DNA from: Candidatus Collierbacteria bacterium RIFOXYD2_FULL_45_13
GTDB lineage: Bacteria; Patescibacteriota; Microgenomatia; UBA1400; MFAQ01
Reading direction: 5' to 3'
Assembly: GCA_001774685.1 (NCBI GenBank)
Contig: MFAS01000001.1
Location: forward strand, 223,557-287,556
DNA length: 64,000 bases
How positions within the stretch are numbered: the stretch's first letter is position 1; each line of letters begins with the position of its first letter. Both the position numbers and the translations under genes were made by a program. The notes under the pieces are model-generated. The model worked only from the letters and a program-made list of their open reading frames with translations. It made no database searches and had not been told where the DNA came from. Positions 35,083 to 45,246 of this stretch are shown piece by piece.

Positions 35083-36732
35083 GTGGTTAACAGAATAATT
35101 TCCAAGTCTAAAGAGTTTTTGAACCAGAGAAGTAACAGCATACTCTCTGCAGCCGCCATCATCGGCATTTCCTACCTGGGTTCCGCTCTTCTGGGATTGA
35201 TCCGGAACCATCTCCTCGCCGCCCGCTTCTTTGGGGGTATGGAGGCTGACCTCGATGTTTATTTTGCCGCTTTTGTCATCCCTGATACCGTTTTTCAGCT
35301 ACTGGTGGTTGGAGCGGTTTCGGCAGCTTTTATTCCTGTTTATCAAGAATATTGCGACAAATCCAAAGAAGAAGCTAACCGGCTAGCCAACACAGCCCTG
35401 ACTTCTATCGGTTTTTTACTCTTAATTATCTCAATCACCATCGTCATCTTTGCCCGCCCTCTTGCGGGTCTTCTGGCGCACTTCCCACCTGAGAAGCTGG
35501 ATCTCATGGCAAACTTGATTCGCCTAATGTCTGCGGCTCAAATACTTTTTGCCATCTCAGCCTTCCTTACCGGCGTTCTGCAGTCCCAACGGCGTTTTCT
35601 AATTCCCGCAATCGCCCCACTTCTTTATAATGTCGGCACCATCACAGGCATCATACTTCTTTCCTCACGATATGGTATTTACTCGGCTGCCATAGGAGTA
35701 GTTTTGGGAGCTTTCCTCCACATGGCTATCCAGCTTCCTACTGCCGGAGCACTTGGATACTGGCCCAAAATTACATGGAAACCTCGTCACCCTGGCGTCC
35801 TCTCAATGATAAGGTTGATGCCTCCAAGAGCCATGGCGCTTGGGTTGGACCAAGTCGAGCGTTGGGTCGCGGTCAACCTTACCTCTCTTCTTGCCGTCGG
35901 TTCACTTTCAATCTTTAATTTTGCTCGCCAGCTCTATGTTCTCCCCATTTCCCTCTTTGGAGTTTCCCTCAGCCAAGCCTCTTTTCCCACCCTTGCCCAA
36001 GAAGCCCTCTTGGAAGATAAATCCAAGTTCAAAGCTACTCTTAGCAAGTCCATCCTGCAAATCCTTTTCTTTGCCCTCCCCGCCAGTGTCCTGGTTCTTG
36101 TTCTCAGAATTCCTTTGGTTCGTCTGGCTTTTGGTGCCAAAAACTTTCCTTGGGAAGCGACTCTACTTACCGGCAAGGCCCTAGCTTTCCTTAGTCTGGC
36201 TATCGCGCCCCAAGCAGTCACCAATACTTTGACAAGGGCTCTCCACGCTCTCAAAGATACCAAAACCCCATTAATTATCGGCTTCATAACCATGATCGTT
36301 TTTGTTGGGGTGGCTTATCTACTGGGTTTTGTTACTGAGAGAGATGTCGCAGTGATAACTCTAGCCATGTCTATAGGCAACTTGCTTGATTTTCTCCTTT
36401 CTTATGTGGCCATTCGTAGAAAGGTTGGACCTTTGGGAATCTCCGTTAGAATGGTCAAAATGTTTTTGGTCAGTTTCTTCACCGGCATCTCTCTCTGGGC
36501 ACCTATGCGCCTTTTGGATCAGTTAGTCTTTGATACCACCCGAACAGGACCCTTAATCACTCTCACCTTGGTCGTCAGCGCCGTCGGCTTCTCGGTCTAT
36601 CTGTTCTTCTGTTGGCTATTTGACATCGAAGAGTTGCAGGACGTTTTGGATATTGTGAAAAAGATTGGTAATTGGCGTAAAATACTGGCCAGTAGTGACG
36701 AGGTGCTCGAAACCACTCCAAATAGTATTTAA
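35083..36732 (+). CDS. murJ: Lipid II flippase MurJ (MviN)
   Basis: 14 TM helices and the conserved N-terminal SRLLGLIRN...FFGG...DVYFAAFVIPD block. Confidence 0.85.
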   Translation: MVNRIISKSKEFLNQRSNSILSAAAIIGISYLGSALLGLIRNHLLAARFFGGMEADLDVYFAAFVIPDTVFQLLVVGAVSAAFIPVYQEYCDKSKEEANRLANTALTSIGFLLLIISITIVIFARPLAGLLAHFPPEKLDLMANLIRLMSAAQILFAISAFLTGVLQSQRRFLIPAIAPLLYNVGTITGIILLSSRYGIYSAAIGVVLGAFLHMAIQLPTAGALGYWPKITWKPRHPGVLSMIRLMPPRAMALGLDQVERWVAVNLTSLLAVGSLSIFNFARQLYVLPISLFGVSLSQASFPTLAQEALLEDKSKFKATLSKSILQILFFALPASVLVLVLRIPLVRLAFGAKNFPWEATLLTGKALAFLSLAIAPQAVTNTLTRALHALKDTKTPLIIGFITMIVFVGVAYLLGFVTERDVAVITLAMSIGNLLDFLLSYVAIRRKVGPLGISVRMVKMFLVSFFTGISLWAPMRLLDQLVFDTTRTGPLITLTLVVSAVGFSVYLFFCWLFDIEELQDVLDIVKKIGNWRKILASSDEVLETTPNSI

Positions 36733-36735
36733 GCC

Positions 36736-38505
36736 ATGTCCAGCCTAATTAGAAATTTTTCCATCATCGCTCATATTGATGCGGGCAAGTCTACCCTTGC
36801 CGACCGTATGCTGGAAGTTACCGGTACGGTCCAAGCAGACAAAATGACGCCACAGCTATTGGATAGTAACCCCATCGAAAGAGAGCGGGGAATCACTATC
36901 AAACTGGCTCCAGTTGCCATGAACTATCAAGGCTACACTCTTAACCTCATTGATACCCCGGGACACGTGGATTTCAATTATGAGGTTGAGCGAGCCCTGC
37001 AAGCCTGTGAGGGTGCCATACTATTAGTAGATGCCACCAAAGGAGTCCAGGCTCAAACCGTCGCAAATCTCAGATTGGCCAAGAACCTAGGGCTCACCAT
37101 CATTCCGGTTGTCAACAAAATAGATGCTCCCTTGGCTGAAGTCAATGCAGCCTCCCGCCAAATCAAACAACTATTGGGAATTGGCTCTGAACCATTGCTG
37201 GTTTCTGCCAAAACCGGTGAAGGGGTTGAAATCCTTCTTCAAAAAATAATTTCCGATCTTCCTTCCCCAAGAACAGAAGAAAAGCCACTCCACGCCCTCG
37301 TCTTCAACTCCACCTTTGATACCCATCTTGGCGTTATCGCTTTCGTCAAAATTATTTCTGGCAATCTAAAATCTGGCGACAAGATGTCTTTTCTCAGTTC
37401 CGGCAAGTCTTTAGTAGCTTCTGAAATAGGAATTTTCTCCCCAGGTAGGACCAAGAAAGAGGTTCTCACGGCTGGCAACGTCGGTTATATCATCACCGGT
37501 CTAAAAGATATTCGGAACGTTCTCGTCGGTGATACTTTGTGTCTGTCGAGCCAGATAAAACAAGTTTCTCCGATACCGGGGTTTAGAAAAATTCACCCCA
37601 ATGTTTTCCTGGATTTTTATCCCGCCGATGGTTCACAATATCGCGATCTCGTCGACGCTTTGGAAAAATTAAAGTTAAACGATTCTTCACTTACTACTCA
37701 AGGCATCAACTCTCCCATTCTTGGTCAAGGTGTAAAAGTTGGTTTCTTGGGTATGCTTCACTCTGAAGTGGTTGGTGAACGTTTGGAAAGAGAGTTCGGT
37801 CTTCCTGTTATTTCGGTTTCTCCCTCAGTGGAATATAAAGTTAAACTACGCTCTGGAGAAGAAAAGATCTTTAGCTCTCCCTCGGATTTCCCTGATCCCG
37901 CCATCATCTCTCAAGGCTTCGAACCCATGGCCGCCGTTAATATCGTCGTAACGTCTCCATATGTCGGGGCCGTCATGGAACTTTGCCAAGAGCTTCGAGG
38001 CAATCTCGTCAATGTGTCCTATCTAGATGAGCTGGTCGAGATCGATTATTTCTTACCGCTCATCGAGGTTATTACCGCCCTTCATGATAGTCTGAAGAGT
38101 GTTTCTCAGGGGTTTGGCTCGATGAACTACGAGCTGGCTGGCTGGCAGGAAGCCGAACTGGTCAAGCTGGATGTACTCCTCAATCACGAGCTCTTTGCAC
38201 CGATGAGTGTTATTACTGTCAAAGAAAAGGCTTATTACAAGGGCAAAAAAATATCGGAAAAACTCAAAGAAGCCATTCCAAGACAGCAGTTCGAAATTCC
38301 CATTCAGGTAGCCATAGGTGGCCAAATTGTGGCTCGGGAAACCATCAAGGCATATCGCAAGGATGTCGACGCCAAGCTTCATGGAGGGGACTTTACCCGT
38401 AATTTAAAACTTTTGAATAAACAGAAAAAAGGTAAGGCCCGTATGAAACAGTTTGGTCGTGTTTCCGTCCCCCAAGAAGCCTTCCTGGCCATCGCCAAGT
38501 CCTAG
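36736..38505 (+). CDS. lepA: Elongation factor 4 (LepA)
   Basis: G domain with IIAHIDAGKST and DTPGHVDF, and LepA-specific C-terminal domain motifs. Confidence 0.9.
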   Translation: MSSLIRNFSIIAHIDAGKSTLADRMLEVTGTVQADKMTPQLLDSNPIERERGITIKLAPVAMNYQGYTLNLIDTPGHVDFNYEVERALQACEGAILLVDATKGVQAQTVANLRLAKNLGLTIIPVVNKIDAPLAEVNAASRQIKQLLGIGSEPLLVSAKTGEGVEILLQKIISDLPSPRTEEKPLHALVFNSTFDTHLGVIAFVKIISGNLKSGDKMSFLSSGKSLVASEIGIFSPGRTKKEVLTAGNVGYIITGLKDIRNVLVGDTLCLSSQIKQVSPIPGFRKIHPNVFLDFYPADGSQYRDLVDALEKLKLNDSSLTTQGINSPILGQGVKVGFLGMLHSEVVGERLEREFGLPVISVSPSVEYKVKLRSGEEKIFSSPSDFPDPAIISQGFEPMAAVNIVVTSPYVGAVMELCQELRGNLVNVSYLDELVEIDYFLPLIEVITALHDSLKSVSQGFGSMNYELAGWQEAELVKLDVLLNHELFAPMSVITVKEKAYYKGKKISEKLKEAIPRQQFEIPIQVAIGGQIVARETIKAYRKDVDAKLHGGDFTRNLKLLNKQKKGKARMKQFGRVSVPQEAFLAIAKS

Positions 38506-38553
38506 TGCTAAGATACCTAGTCATAAATCCGTACTTTTAAATAAGGAGCGAGA

Positions 38554-38805
38554 ATGCCTGATGAGATGACTACCCCTACACAAAAACTGGCAACACGATT
38601 ACACAAACATTTGTGTGAAGTCCAGGGCACCGTAATGTGCGGCTGGTATCGGATCGACAAACCATGGTCCCAGGGTTCAAATTTTTCCCATAACGAAATT
38701 TACCTCCAAAAAGCAAATCAATTCTTGTCGGTTTGTGGCGGGGACTTTGACCTTGTGGATAGAATCATCGAAGTTTTGTGGCCGACTCTTAAGTTTATGG
38801 CCTGA
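38554..38805 (+). CDS. Hypothetical small protein
   Basis: 83 aa. Strong RBS (AAGGAG) upstream and a clean terminator immediately downstream. No recognisable domain. Confidence 0.4.
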   Translation: MPDEMTTPTQKLATRLHKHLCEVQGTVMCGWYRIDKPWSQGSNFSHNEIYLQKANQFLSVCGGDFDLVDRIIEVLWPTLKFMA

Positions 38806-38812
38806 TTTTACA

Positions 38813-38839
38813 ACACCCCTTCACCGGGGTGTTTTTTTG
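38813..38839 (+). terminator. Intrinsic terminator
   Basis: ACACCCC-TTCACC-GGGGTGT followed by TTTTTT. Confidence 0.6.
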
Positions 38840-38863
38840 TGAACTCACAATCTACCATTCGGG

Positions 38864-40063
38864 TCATGTAGCAAGGGCGGCCAAATGTGTCAGAAAACTC
38901 TTTGAGATTAGGTCGGCATTATTTTGATACTTCTCCAACCACTTGTAAGTATCCGTCACAAAGTAAGATATTTCCTCCTTGGTAATGTTCCTAAATCTCG
39001 GGTCAGCATAATAAATTCTGCCCAGTGTCATCCGTCGGCACTTCAGGCAACTCCCACACCAGTGATACGAACTTAGCTCGGCAATTTTTGGTGTCTCTCT
39101 TTCCCATTTTCTTCGGTTATTTCCCACTTGAAAGGCCGCCGAAAAACAATTCTGTACCATTGGTAAAATTGAGAATCCCAATTTCTTTTCTAGTTCAATC
39201 ACCTCACCGATTGTTTCGATATCTCCGGCATCTACCCCCACCACCTCCAAATCTAACCCAGTCTCCTTCAGGACTTTATTAAACCATTTCCAGATATTCA
39301 GGTTTTCACTAAAGTGGTAGTCTTTCGAACTTCCCATATCTCCCTCCAACAACACTCTCTTTACTTTATTTGGTGCCGCTTGCACCGCCACGGTCAGGGC
39401 GAGCAGTAAGTCTCTCGTCCTCATCGTTTCAAATCCCGAGCTCCCCGAACCATTTCTGAGTCTCACCGAAACATATGGCACCCCCCACGCTTTACACTGC
39501 TCCTCACTCGCCATCGATTCCCTGAAGTTTCCCTTGGCATTGAGATTTTTCAGGTGAACCGCCAGTGGGGTTTCTCCTTGTTCCAGTAGTTTTACAATTC
39601 GGTAGACCGAGTCCAAACCTCCGGAATGAGTGGTCGCCTGGTCATATTCCTCTCTTTCAGTATTAGTTTTCCTAATCACTGGTCGAATCTGTGCTTGTAA
39701 CTTTTCTATCCTCGGCTTCTTATGACCGTAATATTCGTAGAGCTCATATAGAAGCTCCGGAAAGTGAATCGGAAAGTTAGTTTGAATTTTCTCAGGCATC
39801 ATCGGACCGGCCATGTGAGCGGCCATCATCGATCTCATGAGGTCTTGAGTTTCTTTACTGGTGCCCTCTCCAAACATCAGCGGTTCTTCGATCGCCATGC
39901 GATGAACCCCTCGCAAATCTGTCATAGTTAAATCAAAAGGATTCCTCTCCGATAACGAAATAGTGGCGGAATGCTGTTCTCTCCTGGCCATGCCGGCAAT
40001 ATACTCCATTCGTTCGTCAATTTCCAGTTTCGGATGGTACAATACCCCATAATCACGATACAA
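38864..40063 (-). CDS. QueC-like PP-loop ATPase with a roughly 150-aa N-terminal extension
   Basis: SGGLDS PP-loop at about residue 155. A QueC-type zinc-binding C-terminal block (HWCGSCLKCRR). The longest frame starts with TTG, and an in-frame ATG (MEYIAG) lies at 40009. Confidence 0.7.
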   Translation of the reverse strand: MYRDYGVLYHPKLEIDERMEYIAGMARREQHSATISLSERNPFDLTMTDLRGVHRMAIEEPLMFGEGTSKETQDLMRSMMAAHMAGPMMPEKIQTNFPIHFPELLYELYEYYGHKKPRIEKLQAQIRPVIRKTNTEREEYDQATTHSGGLDSVYRIVKLLEQGETPLAVHLKNLNAKGNFRESMASEEQCKAWGVPYVSVRLRNGSGSSGFETMRTRDLLLALTVAVQAAPNKVKRVLLEGDMGSSKDYHFSENLNIWKWFNKVLKETGLDLEVVGVDAGDIETIGEVIELEKKLGFSILPMVQNCFSAAFQVGNNRRKWERETPKIAELSSYHWCGSCLKCRRMTLGRIYYADPRFRNITKEEISYFVTDTYKWLEKYQNNADLISKSFLTHLAALAT

Positions 40064-40083
40064 GAACTTTTACAAGGAGCTGT

Positions 40084-40611
40084 ATGTACACACCTCGCAA
40101 TCCATTCACACCTGGTCACCTTGAAAGTTTCACTCCTTCTCAATACCTAGCTCGGTACCTCTATTTTTACCAATGGGACAATCAGAACTCTGTCGGCCAT
40201 CCTGACACCTGTTGGCGCAATTATCACCAAACTCTCATGCGCTCAGGTCTCTGCTGCTTCGGTCAGCTGAAACGCCGCCTAGACGAATCTCTTATGATGC
40301 TGTCCGGAATCCAAACTGGTTTCTGGGAAGAGCCAAAAGGTATCCATAATTGGCTCCCTTTTGCCTGGAAAAGGTTGGAAGAGCTGGATGAGGGTTACGA
40401 CCATTCCGCCTTGTGGACCAAGACGGCCATCGAACGAGATGTTGAATTCTTTCAATGGCATCGAGAACTGCGTCCGGACAACCTGCCTTTGTTCTCCTTT
40501 CAATCTTTCAAGACGGCCTGCAGAAAATATGGCTACCAACCGGACCTCGAACTAGTTGCCTCCTGTTTTGTGCTTAACCTGAACACTCTCCGCCAAGATT
40601 GGGAAGAGTAA
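40084..40611 (+). CDS. Hypothetical protein (Trp/Cys-containing, no recognisable domain), divergent from the QueC-like gene
   Basis: AAGGAG RBS 6 nt upstream of the ATG. A terminator near-identical to the one at 38813 follows the gene. Confidence 0.45.
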   Translation: MYTPRNPFTPGHLESFTPSQYLARYLYFYQWDNQNSVGHPDTCWRNYHQTLMRSGLCCFGQLKRRLDESLMMLSGIQTGFWEEPKGIHNWLPFAWKRLEELDEGYDHSALWTKTAIERDVEFFQWHRELRPDNLPLFSFQSFKTACRKYGYQPDLELVASCFVLNLNTLRQDWEE

Positions 40612-40620
40612 CGTATCCAT

Positions 40621-40648
40621 ACACCTCCTTCCCGGGGGTGTTTTTTTA
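40621..40648 (+). terminator. Intrinsic terminator (near-copy of the one at 38813)
   Basis: ACACCTCC-TTCCC-GGGGGTGT followed by TTTTTTT. Confidence 0.6.
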
Positions 40649-40650
40649 TT

Positions 40651-42042
40651 CTAAAACTCTACGGTAAATACAGCTGCGGAATTGGGAGTAAAGAACTCGG
40701 ACGTTTTCCAGGTGGCCGAAGTCGTCGCCACATTTAATGTCCGACTACTACCCATAAACTCTGTTCTAGTTATCTTAAAGTTTCCTTTAGGTAGATTTTC
40801 AAATGTCATCGGGACGGATTCGGAGTGAGCCCCTTTCGGATCATAGTTGACCACCATAATTTTCAAGTTTCCCTGGTCATCTATTGATGCAATGCTTTTT
40901 ACCCAAGATCCCTCACCCGACACACTGGTTCTATAAGGTCCTAAATTGTTCAAAAATTGCAATGCATAGTATCTCGGCTTTTTCTCCGGAGCTCCAAACT
41001 TTTCATGGGTCAGAATACCCCACCTGCCCCAATATTTTTCCGCCCCTGGCCCATCCTTAATCTCAAAAAGGAACGCTCGGTCGATCGCACCCATCATTGC
41101 GCGTGCCCCGGCGAGTGTATGAATGGCCCCAAACCGCCCATCATAACCGGGGTCAATCTCGCTATCGTGTCCCCACTCCGTCACATAAAACTTTAGATTT
41201 ACCAGAGCCGGAATATTCTCCGCCCATTTTCTGGCTTGCCTGGCGTCTCTCTCGTATTGTTCCAGGTCATATGAATATCGGTGCCAACTAAGGAAGTCCA
41301 TTCTCAAATTATTGGCATCTACAAACTTGATCATTCTCTCCTCCCAGTTTTGATAAAGTCCGGTCGTTGCCGGTCCACCAATCTCAAAGGGGTTCGCCCC
41401 TCGCACTCTTCCCGCCGCCCGCGCCGAAGCGGTATACATGTCAAAATAATTTTTATCGCCATAAGTTTTGTATCCTCCGAACAAGTCGGGCTCGTTCCAG
41501 ACTTCATAAATAATCCCGGAGATATTCTTTTGATTTCTTCCACTGTAATGCTCTATCGTTGCTTGGACCACCTGACCCCACTCGTTCCAATCTTTGGCTG
41601 GAGACACCATGTCACCGGTGGAGATAGCATCCGGCATATACGATAAAGACAAAAATGGTTTTGCCCCTGTCGAAAGAATTACGTCAACGGCCCCGTCGAG
41701 TCCGGACCAGTCGTACGTCAACTGCCCATTGGCCCTGCCCACTACTTTAAACGCATCATATATGTGGTCCAAGCGGATATACTCCGGCTGTAATGCTTTT
41801 ACCGCCGTTGCCACCGGTGCCAGCATTTCCTTAGGCTCCTCCCCCCCCTGACCCAGGTTTCTCCACGGTTCAGGTATTTTCCCCAACACTCCTTCGTAGT
41901 TATAAACCAAGTTTGCAGGCACTCCTGCCGCCTTACCTACATACTGTAATGCCGTGGGCAAAGCAACCACCACCAGGATGATTACGAACAATCCCACGAT
42001 TAGTGGTATAAGCCCACGAAAAAGCCTCTTCCGATCTGACAT
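40651..42042 (-). CDS. Membrane-anchored clan GH-A glycoside hydrolase (GH39/GH5-like)
   Basis: N-terminal TM helix, EVWNEPD (acid/base NEP motif), and TEWGHD (nucleophile Glu). The longest frame extends to 42084, but that start would overlap the CIRCE-like site. Confidence 0.55.
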   Translation of the reverse strand: MSDRKRLFRGLIPLIVGLFVIILVVVALPTALQYVGKAAGVPANLVYNYEGVLGKIPEPWRNLGQGGEEPKEMLAPVATAVKALQPEYIRLDHIYDAFKVVGRANGQLTYDWSGLDGAVDVILSTGAKPFLSLSYMPDAISTGDMVSPAKDWNEWGQVVQATIEHYSGRNQKNISGIIYEVWNEPDLFGGYKTYGDKNYFDMYTASARAAGRVRGANPFEIGGPATTGLYQNWEERMIKFVDANNLRMDFLSWHRYSYDLEQYERDARQARKWAENIPALVNLKFYVTEWGHDSEIDPGYDGRFGAIHTLAGARAMMGAIDRAFLFEIKDGPGAEKYWGRWGILTHEKFGAPEKKPRYYALQFLNNLGPYRTSVSGEGSWVKSIASIDDQGNLKIMVVNYDPKGAHSESVPMTFENLPKGNFKITRTEFMGSSRTLNVATTSATWKTSEFFTPNSAAVFTVEF

Positions 42043-42073
42043 TACTTTAACTTTACCATATCTTGACCAGCAG

Positions 42074-42100
42074 TTATCACTCATGCTATCATTCTGCTAA
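42074..42100 (+). promoter_or_regulatory. Degenerate CIRCE-like inverted repeat upstream of hrcA
   Basis: TTATCACTC-N9-TTCTGCTAA compared with the consensus TTAGCACTC-N9-GAGTGCTAA. The match is 8/9 on the left arm and 6/9 on the right arm. It abuts the hrcA ATG. Confidence 0.3.
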
Positions 42101-42828
42101 TGGATCTTACGCAGCGCCAAATTCATATCATCAAAACTATCGTTGAGGAGTTTACTCTCACCGCCGAGCCGGTGGGATCCGTTACCCTGGAGAATAAGTA
42201 TCGTTTGGGAGTTTCTCCGGCTACCCTCAGAAATGAAATGGCCGAGCTGGAGAACAAAGGACTTCTCTCCCAGCCCCACGCCTCTTCCGGACGTGTACCA
42301 ACCCCCATGGCCATCAAGTTCTATGTTAATGAATTGATGAAAGAAAAAGACCTTTCTGTAGCCGAAGAGGTAAACGTCAAGTCTCGTGTTTGGGATCACC
42401 GTTATAACCGAGATGACCTTATGAGAGAAGCCACCAAGGTCCTGGCCGAAAGGACCAAAGCTCTCTGTGTAGCCGCCACCGACGAAGGGCTAACCTATCA
42501 CTCAGGTTATGCCAATCTCTTTAACTCAATTGAGTTTGAAAACCATCTCGATATTACTCGCGAAATATTTTATTTACTCGATCAACAGCAAAGGCTAATG
42601 GATATTTTTGGTCGGGCATCCGGCAACTCTCCTATCCATATTTTGGTCGGTGATGAAATAGGAGTTTCTCTTCTTCAGCCGGTTAGCTGGGTTTTTGCCG
42701 ATATTCATATAGGTGGCAGGCGTGGCAGTCTGGGTATCATAGGTTCAAGCCGTCAGGAGTACGACCGCAACATTCCCTTTGTGCGCTACGTCGCCAATCT
42801 GGTTAATCAAATTGCTCAAGAATGGTAA
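42100..42828 (+). CDS. hrcA: Heat-inducible transcription repressor HrcA (short form)
   Basis: N-terminal wHTH (QRQIHIIKTIVEEF...EPVGSVTL...GVSPATLRNEMAELENKGLL) and its position at the head of the grpE-dnaK-dnaJ cluster. Confidence 0.8.
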   Translation: MDLTQRQIHIIKTIVEEFTLTAEPVGSVTLENKYRLGVSPATLRNEMAELENKGLLSQPHASSGRVPTPMAIKFYVNELMKEKDLSVAEEVNVKSRVWDHRYNRDDLMREATKVLAERTKALCVAATDEGLTYHSGYANLFNSIEFENHLDITREIFYLLDQQQRLMDIFGRASGNSPIHILVGDEIGVSLLQPVSWVFADIHIGGRRGSLGIIGSSRQEYDRNIPFVRYVANLVNQIAQEW

Positions 42829-43271
42829 AAAAAACTACATCGAAAAACATTACAGAACTGGCTCGCCTAAGCTCTCGTGTCGAAGAACTGGAAAGTAATT
42901 ACAAAAGAGTTTTGGCTGACTATCAAAATCAGGAACGTCGCCACAAGGAACAACAGGTGAACACCATCAAAATGGCTTCGGCGGCTCTCATCGAAAAACT
43001 TCTTTTGAATCTTGATTCGTTGGAAATGGCTCAAACTCATCTTAAGGATCGCGGACTACAAATTGTCATCGACCAGCTCAGGGCCACTCTAGGTCAGGAA
43101 GGTCTTTCGGTCATCAATTCCGACGACCAAGACTTTGATCCGCTGTTAATGGATTGTACCGAAGTCGTTCCTGGTAAAAAAGACATAGTCATCGAAACCG
43201 TTTCTCGTGGATACTTTCTGTTTGACAAAGTCCTTCGCCCTGCCAAAGTGAAGGTCGGTTCCGGCGCCTAA
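42822..43271 (+). CDS. grpE: Nucleotide exchange factor GrpE
   Basis: Coiled coil plus the ADYQNQERR motif. Its position between hrcA and dnaK supports the call. Confidence 0.75.
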   Translation: MVKKTTSKNITELARLSSRVEELESNYKRVLADYQNQERRHKEQQVNTIKMASAALIEKLLLNLDSLEMAQTHLKDRGLQIVIDQLRATLGQEGLSVINSDDQDFDPLLMDCTEVVPGKKDIVIETVSRGYFLFDKVLRPAKVKVGSGA

Positions 43272-43317
43272 TCACAAATGTACAATGTAAATTATAAAAT
43301 ATTAAATATCTAAAAAT

Positions 43318-45237
43318 ATGTCCAAAATAATCGGTATCGATCTCGGAACCACCAACTCGGCCATCGCCGTCATGGAAGGTGGCACCGCCAAAATCATTCC
43401 TTCCGCCGAGGGGCGTAACACCTTTCCCTCAATAGTCGAACCCATCAAAGGTCTGGTGGGTGATGTTGCCAAACGTCAGATGGTTTTAAACTCCACCAGC
43501 ACAATTTTCTCCGTTAAAAGACTTATGGGTCAAAAGTTCACCGGTAAACAGGCTCAAAAAACCAAAGAGATAGCACCTTTCGAAATCGCCGAGGGTAAAG
43601 ACGGCATGGCGGTCATCAATCTCGGAGGTAAAACTTTTACCCCTCAGGAAATTTCTGCCAAGATTCTCCAAAAAGCCAAGGCCGACGCTGAGGCATATCT
43701 CGGTCAGACCGTGACCGATGCAGTTATCACCGTTCCTGCTTACTTTGACGACTCACAGCGCCAAGCCACCAAGCAAGCGGGTGAAATCGCTGGGTTAAAT
43801 GTTCAAAGAATCGTCAACGAACCCACTGCCGCTGCTCTCGCCTATGGTCTGGATAAAGGCAAAAACGAAACCGTCGTGGTTTATGACCTGGGTGGAGGTA
43901 CCTTTGACGTTTCCATTTTGGAGCTAGGAGATGGGGTTTTTGAAGTTAAGTCTACCAATGGTGATACTTTCCTTGGTGGTGACGATTTTGATCGAAGACT
44001 AATAGACCACATTGTTTCAGAGTTCAAAAAAGAGTCCGGTGTTGATCTCTCCCTGGACAAACAAGCTCTTCAGCGCATTAAAGACGCGGCCGAAAAAGCC
44101 AAGATTGAATTATCCAGCGCTACCGAAACCGAAATCAACCAGCCCTTCATCACCCAAAGAGACGGCCAGCCTCTGCATCTAACCATGAAGATCTCCCGAG
44201 CCAAACTGGAAGAGTTAGTGGATGATCTGATTCAAAAAACCATTGAACCTTGCAAGAAAGCCTTGGCTGATGCCAAAATCGAAAAGTCTCACATTGCCGA
44301 GGTTATTCTCGTTGGAGGCATGACCCGCATGCCCAAGGTCCAGCAGGTGGTTAAAGATTTCTTTGGCAAAGAACCAAACAAATCAGTCAATCCTGACGAA
44401 GCCGTAGCTCTGGGAGCGGCCATCCAGGGCGGAGTCATCTCCGGAGATGTCAAAGACATTCTTCTTCTCGATGTCACACCCTTGACTCTTGGTATCGAGA
44501 CCATGGGTGGTGTTATGACACCTCTTATCGAAAGGAACACTACCGTACCCAGTAGCAAGTCTCAAACTTTCTCTACCGCCTCGGACAATCAGCCCCAAGT
44601 GGAAGTCCACATTCTTCAAGGAGAACGTCCAATGGCCGGAGACAACAAGACTCTTGGCAGTTTTGTCTTGGATGGTATCCCAGCGGCACCTCGCGGTATT
44701 CCTCAAATTGAAGTTACTTTCGACATCGATGCCAATGGTATTCTGAATGTCTCGGCCAAAGACAAGGCTACCGGCAAAGAGCAAAAGATCACCATCAAAA
44801 ACGCCACCAATCTTTCCGATGCTGAAGTCGAGAAGATGAAACAAGAGGCAGAGAAATACGCCGAAGAAGATAAGAAGAAAAAAGAGCTAGTAGACAAGCG
44901 GAATGAGGCTGACACTTTGATTATTCAAACCAGAAAAGTTCTCAAGGATGCCGGCGATAAATTTGGCGCTGATGCGGCCAAAGAAATGACCGAATCTCTT
45001 GACGAACTTGAAAAAGAACTCAAAAACGAATCAGCTACCTTTGAATCTCTGGATACCAAGCTGAAAACTTCTACCGAGCTAGTCCAAAAACACGCCGAGG
45101 CTCTTTATAAAGCTGCCGCCGAAAAAGACCAGCCCGCAGGGGAGGACAAACCAGCAGAAGGACCCAAAGCCGATAGCGACGCTTCTGAAACAAAATCAGA
45201 CACCAAACCAGCTGAGGAAGGCGAAGTTGTCGAATAA
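43318..45237 (+). CDS. dnaK: Molecular chaperone DnaK (Hsp70)
   Basis: [18 protein letters not shown], and a full-length Hsp70 architecture. Confidence 0.95.
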   Translation: MSKIIGIDLGTTNSAIAVMEGGTAKIIPSAEGRNTFPSIVEPIKGLVGDVAKRQMVLNSTSTIFSVKRLMGQKFTGKQAQKTKEIAPFEIAEGKDGMAVINLGGKTFTPQEISAKILQKAKADAEAYLGQTVTDAVITVPAYFDDSQRQATKQAGEIAGLNVQRIVNEPTAAALAYGLDKGKNETVVVYDLGGGTFDVSILELGDGVFEVKSTNGDTFLGGDDFDRRLIDHIVSEFKKESGVDLSLDKQALQRIKDAAEKAKIELSSATETEINQPFITQRDGQPLHLTMKISRAKLEELVDDLIQKTIEPCKKALADAKIEKSHIAEVILVGGMTRMPKVQQVVKDFFGKEPNKSVNPDEAVALGAAIQGGVISGDVKDILLLDVTPLTLGIETMGGVMTPLIERNTTVPSSKSQTFSTASDNQPQVEVHILQGERPMAGDNKTLGSFVLDGIPAAPRGIPQIEVTFDIDANGILNVSAKDKATGKEQKITIKNATNLSDAEVEKMKQEAEKYAEEDKKKKELVDKRNEADTLIIQTRKVLKDAGDKFGADAAKEMTESLDELEKELKNESATFESLDTKLKTSTELVQKHAEALYKAAAEKDQPAGEDKPAEGPKADSDASETKSDTKPAEEGEVVE

Positions 45238-45246
45238 AAAAACCGA

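Noticed and set aside
35840-36293. Two overlapping ORFs (+ and -) of about 115 aa inside murJ
   Set aside because: They are internal to a well-supported 14-TM flippase gene. They are shadow ORFs.
40651-42084. Using the longest frame (start at 42084) for the glycoside hydrolase
   Set aside because: That start codon would sit inside the CIRCE-like element that abuts hrcA. The internal ATG at 42042 (MSDRKRLF...) leaves a sensible intergenic spacer. Both candidates have weak RBSs, so the start remains uncertain.
44289-44915. Minus-strand ORFs inside dnaK
   Set aside because: They are antisense to a highly conserved gene and have no independent support.
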